Source of the DNA: Mustelus asterias
Taxonomy: Eukaryota
Assembly: GCF_964213995.1 (NCBI RefSeq)
Contig: NW_027590338.1
Coordinates: 62,001-126,000 of the forward strand
DNA: 64,000 bases
Reading direction: 5' to 3'
Positions within the stretch are counted from its first letter, which is position 1. Each line of letters opens with the position of its first letter. The notes below the pieces were generated by a model, which worked only from the letters and a program-made list of their open reading frames with translations, was not told the origin of the DNA and did not search any database. Of the stretch, positions 60,997-64,000 are shown piece after piece. The position numbers and the translations under genes are program-made.

Positions 60997-61564
60997 CTTT
61001 TGCTACCAAATAAACCTGTTGGACTTTAACCTGGTGTTGTTAAACTTCTTACTGTGTTTACCCCAGTCCAACGCCGGCATCTCCACGTTATTATATGGGA
61101 CAGATTTACTTCTGGTCCTGTAATAAATGCATTTATTATTTCCAGTCTTATAGTCCTGTAGCTACGTTATATATTTCCAGTCATAGAGTCATTCCAGCAC
61201 AGAAGGAGTCCATTGGACAACTCGAGTCCATACCGACTCTCACAGTAATTTCATAGTTTTTCACAGTTTTTTTGTGATTTTCACAGTGACTTCATTGCAG
61301 TGTTAATGTCAGCATCCTTGTGACACTAATTAATAAATTATCAAAAATAAACTATAAACTGTCTGTCGAGCAATTCTGTCCGTCTGGAGTGGGTCCCATT
61401 CTGTAACCCTGCAGCACCCATCCAATCACATTTAGAAATTATTGATCATCTCTGCTTGACTACCCCCACAGGCAGCAAGTTCAAGATCATCATCAATCGC
61501 AACCCCCTGTATCTTCACCAACTGGAGCCATCCGATCCATTAAATATATTTTTAGTTCAATCAT

Positions 61565-62420
61565 AGCAGAGATATTTGTATCATCGATAGTCACGGGTGA
61601 GGTGCCTGAAGATTGGAGGGTGGCAAATGTCGTGCCTTTGTTTAAAAAGGGCTGCAGGGAAAAGCCTGGGAACTGCAGGCCAGCGAGCCTCACATCTGTG
61701 GTGGGTAAGTTGTTGGAAGGTATTTTGAGAGACAGGATCTACAGGCATTTAGGAATGCAAGGACTGATTAGGGATAGTCAGCATGGCTTTGTGAGTGGTG
61801 AAGAAGGCATTCGGCATGCTTGGTTTCATTGGTCAGAACATTGAATACAGGAGTTGGGATGTCTTGTTGAAGTTGTACAAAACATTGGTAAAGCAACACT
61901 TGGAATACTATGTACAGTTCTGGTCACCCTATTATAGAAAGGATATTATTAAACTAGAAAGAGTGCAGAAAAGACTTATTAGGATGCTACCGGGACTTGA
62001 TGGATTGAGTTATAAGGAGAGGCTGGATAGACTGGGACTTTTTTGTCTGGAGCGTAGGAGGCTTTGGAGTGACCTTATAGAGGTCTATAAAATAATGAGG
62101 GGCACAGATCAGCAAGATAGTCAATATCTTTTCCCAAAGTAGGGGAGTCTAAAACTAGAGTCCATAGGTTTAAGGTGAGATGGGCAATTTTTTCACACAG
62201 AGGGTGGTGAGTGTCTGGAACAAGCTGCCAGAGGTAGTAGTAGAGGAAGGTACAATTTTGACTTTTAAAAAGCATTTAGACAGTTATATGGGTAAGATGG
62301 GTTTAGAGGGATATGGGCCAAATGCGGGCAATTGGGACTGGCTTAAGGGTTTAAAGAAAAAAGGCGGCATGGACAAATTGGGCCGAAGGGCCTGTTTCCA
62401 TGCTGTAAACCTCTATGACT
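61565..62420 (+). mobile_element. Internally deleted CR1-type LINE fragment
   Basis: PEDWRVANVVPLFKKG..QHGFVS is joined directly to VVKKAFGML. The 3' part is highly similar to 56404-57055. Confidence 0.85.
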
Positions 62421-63044
62421 TTAAATAGACTGTCTGGCAGCCTGCATGGAGATTTTCAGCTCTCTGTGTCCAGTGAGCATGGATCTGTCAATCAGCACTT
62501 TCAAGAGAATATGGAGGGTGAATATTAGATACAGCAGAGTGAGAATGGAGGGAGAGTGTGTGGGATGGAGATTTACAGCTTTTGGGGAATGGAAGAGGAA
62601 AGAATGTTCCATTGAAACTAGAATTGTCTGTTCTGAATTTCTATCCTGTATTGACTGTGATGACTTTTGTAAACTCCTTTTACAGGATATCAGAAGTTGA
62701 GGATTTACAGACAGAAATCTCAGACCAAACATCACGTCAACATCTGACAGAGTCACTCAATTCATCGGGACCTGAATATCATCGGCCTTTGAATCTAGAA
62801 GGAGAAATGTTTCTCTGTTCTGTCTGCTTCAGGAGATTTTAAACATCAGTGTGACTGGAAAGCACTGAGACATACACACCCGAGTGAGAGTGTTCCAGTG
62901 CACTGCGTGTGGAAAATGCTTCAGTTGCACAGCCTGAAAAAACATCGCAGCATTCACAGCGGGGAGAGACTGTACCCATGTTCTGTGTGTGGATGAGGTT
63001 TCAACTGATTGTCCGACCTGGAGAGTCACAAGGACACCTGCACC

Positions 63045-63719
63045 ATGGAAAAACGGTGGAAATGTGGGGACTGTGGGAAGGGATTTAGATACCCTTCTCA
63101 CCTGGAAACTCATCGACGCAGCCACACTGGGGAGAGACCGTTCACCTGTTCTCAGTGTGGGAATGGATTCAGTCAATTATCCGCCCTGCAGACACACCAG
63201 AGAGTTCACAATGAGGAAAGGCCATTCATCTGCTTTCATTGTGGGAAGAGATTCACTCAGTCATCCGCCCTGCAGACACACCAGCGAGTTCACAATGAGG
63301 AGAGACCATTCATCTGCTCTCAGTGTGGGAAGGGATTCAGTCAGTCATCCAGCCTGCAGAGACACCAGCGAGTTCACACTAGGGAGAGGCCGTTTACCTG
63401 CTCTCAGTGTGGGAATGGGTTCACTCAGTTATCCACCCTGCAGACACACCAGCGAGTTCACACTCAGGAGAGGCCGTTTATCTGCTCTCAGTGTGGGAAT
63501 GGGTTCACTCAGTTATCCCATCTGAAGACACACCAACGGTTTCACACTGGGGAGAGGCCGTTCACCTGCCCTCAGTGCGAGAAGGGATTTGCTCAGTTAT
63601 CCACTCTGCAAACACACCAGCGAATTCACACTAAGGAGAGACCGTTCACCTGCTCTCAGTGTGGGAAAGGATTCACTCAGTTATCCAATCTGCGGAGACA
63701 CCAGCGAGTTCACATGTGA
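63045..63719 (+). CDS. C2H2 zinc-finger protein (8 fingers)
   Basis: ATG at 63045 (GCACCATGG), 8 intact fingers, acceptor TTTTACAG|GATATC near 62686. Confidence 0.92.
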   Translation: MEKRWKCGDCGKGFRYPSHLETHRRSHTGERPFTCSQCGNGFSQLSALQTHQRVHNEERPFICFHCGKRFTQSSALQTHQRVHNEERPFICSQCGKGFSQSSSLQRHQRVHTRERPFTCSQCGNGFTQLSTLQTHQRVHTQERPFICSQCGNGFTQLSHLKTHQRFHTGERPFTCPQCEKGFAQLSTLQTHQRIHTKERPFTCSQCGKGFTQLSNLRRHQRVHM

Positions 63720-64000
63720 TTCCAGGGATTGAATTCTGCTGTTATTGTTTCTGCTCTCAATCACATCCAGGACTGCATTTTGTTCATTCTCACAGTTGGT
63801 CAATGGTGAGGGTCGGAGGGTTTCTTTCTGCTGGACTGGCCGGTCTCACCACTTTGCCTCCAGTGGGCTGATAATCTTTTAACCTTGTTGCGAATATCTG
63901 GCTTTGGATTTCTCAAGGATCACAGAGTGAAAGAGCGTTAGGAAGTTAAAAGATATTTTGTTCACAATTATGTTTGGAAGCCTCGCAAAGCACGCAGAGG

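Larger units (their letters stand above)
60044..61086. mobile_element. Penelope-like element forming a 500-bp-arm palindrome
   Basis: 60044-60543 is the reverse complement of 60553-61052, with a 9-nt loop. Flanking TSD GTTATTATATG(G) at 60033 and 61087. Confidence 0.93.

Overview
Eukaryotic genomic DNA, most likely from a cartilaginous fish (shark). This is inferred from HE1-like tRNA SINEs and CR1/HER1-type LINEs with (GTTCTAT/GTTCTTT)n tails. The window is a cluster of C2H2 zinc-finger genes with no recognisable KRAB domain: six complete finger arrays, one partial array at the left edge, one pseudogene and several fragments. Four CpG-rich promoters are visible, and retroelements are dense. 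Two near-intact, full-length LINEs flank one ZNF gene. A CR1-type LINE (25083-30176, +) sits in its 3' UTR, and a Tx1-clade LINE (33745-41205, -) sits in its putative non-coding first exon. Many Penelope-like fragments carry minimal hammerhead ribozyme motifs, including one almost perfect 1-kb palindrome. Four observations stand out. (1) The Tx1 element's 5' end carries a diverged copy of the host exon-1 sequence plus new splice donors, suggesting a ZNF-exon-targeting retrotransposon that lets the host gene still splice. (2) The CR1 ORF1/ORF2 junction contains a correctly phased U_UUA_AAC slippery site, and ORF2 has no usable AUG, suggesting -1 ribosomal frameshifting. (3) Ribozyme-bearing Penelope palindromes lie in inferred ZNF introns. 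(4) A conserved ~40-codon module opens the main exon of every ZNF paralog whose 5' end is in the window. All coordinates were read by eye; repeat boundaries are approximate and no database searches were run.
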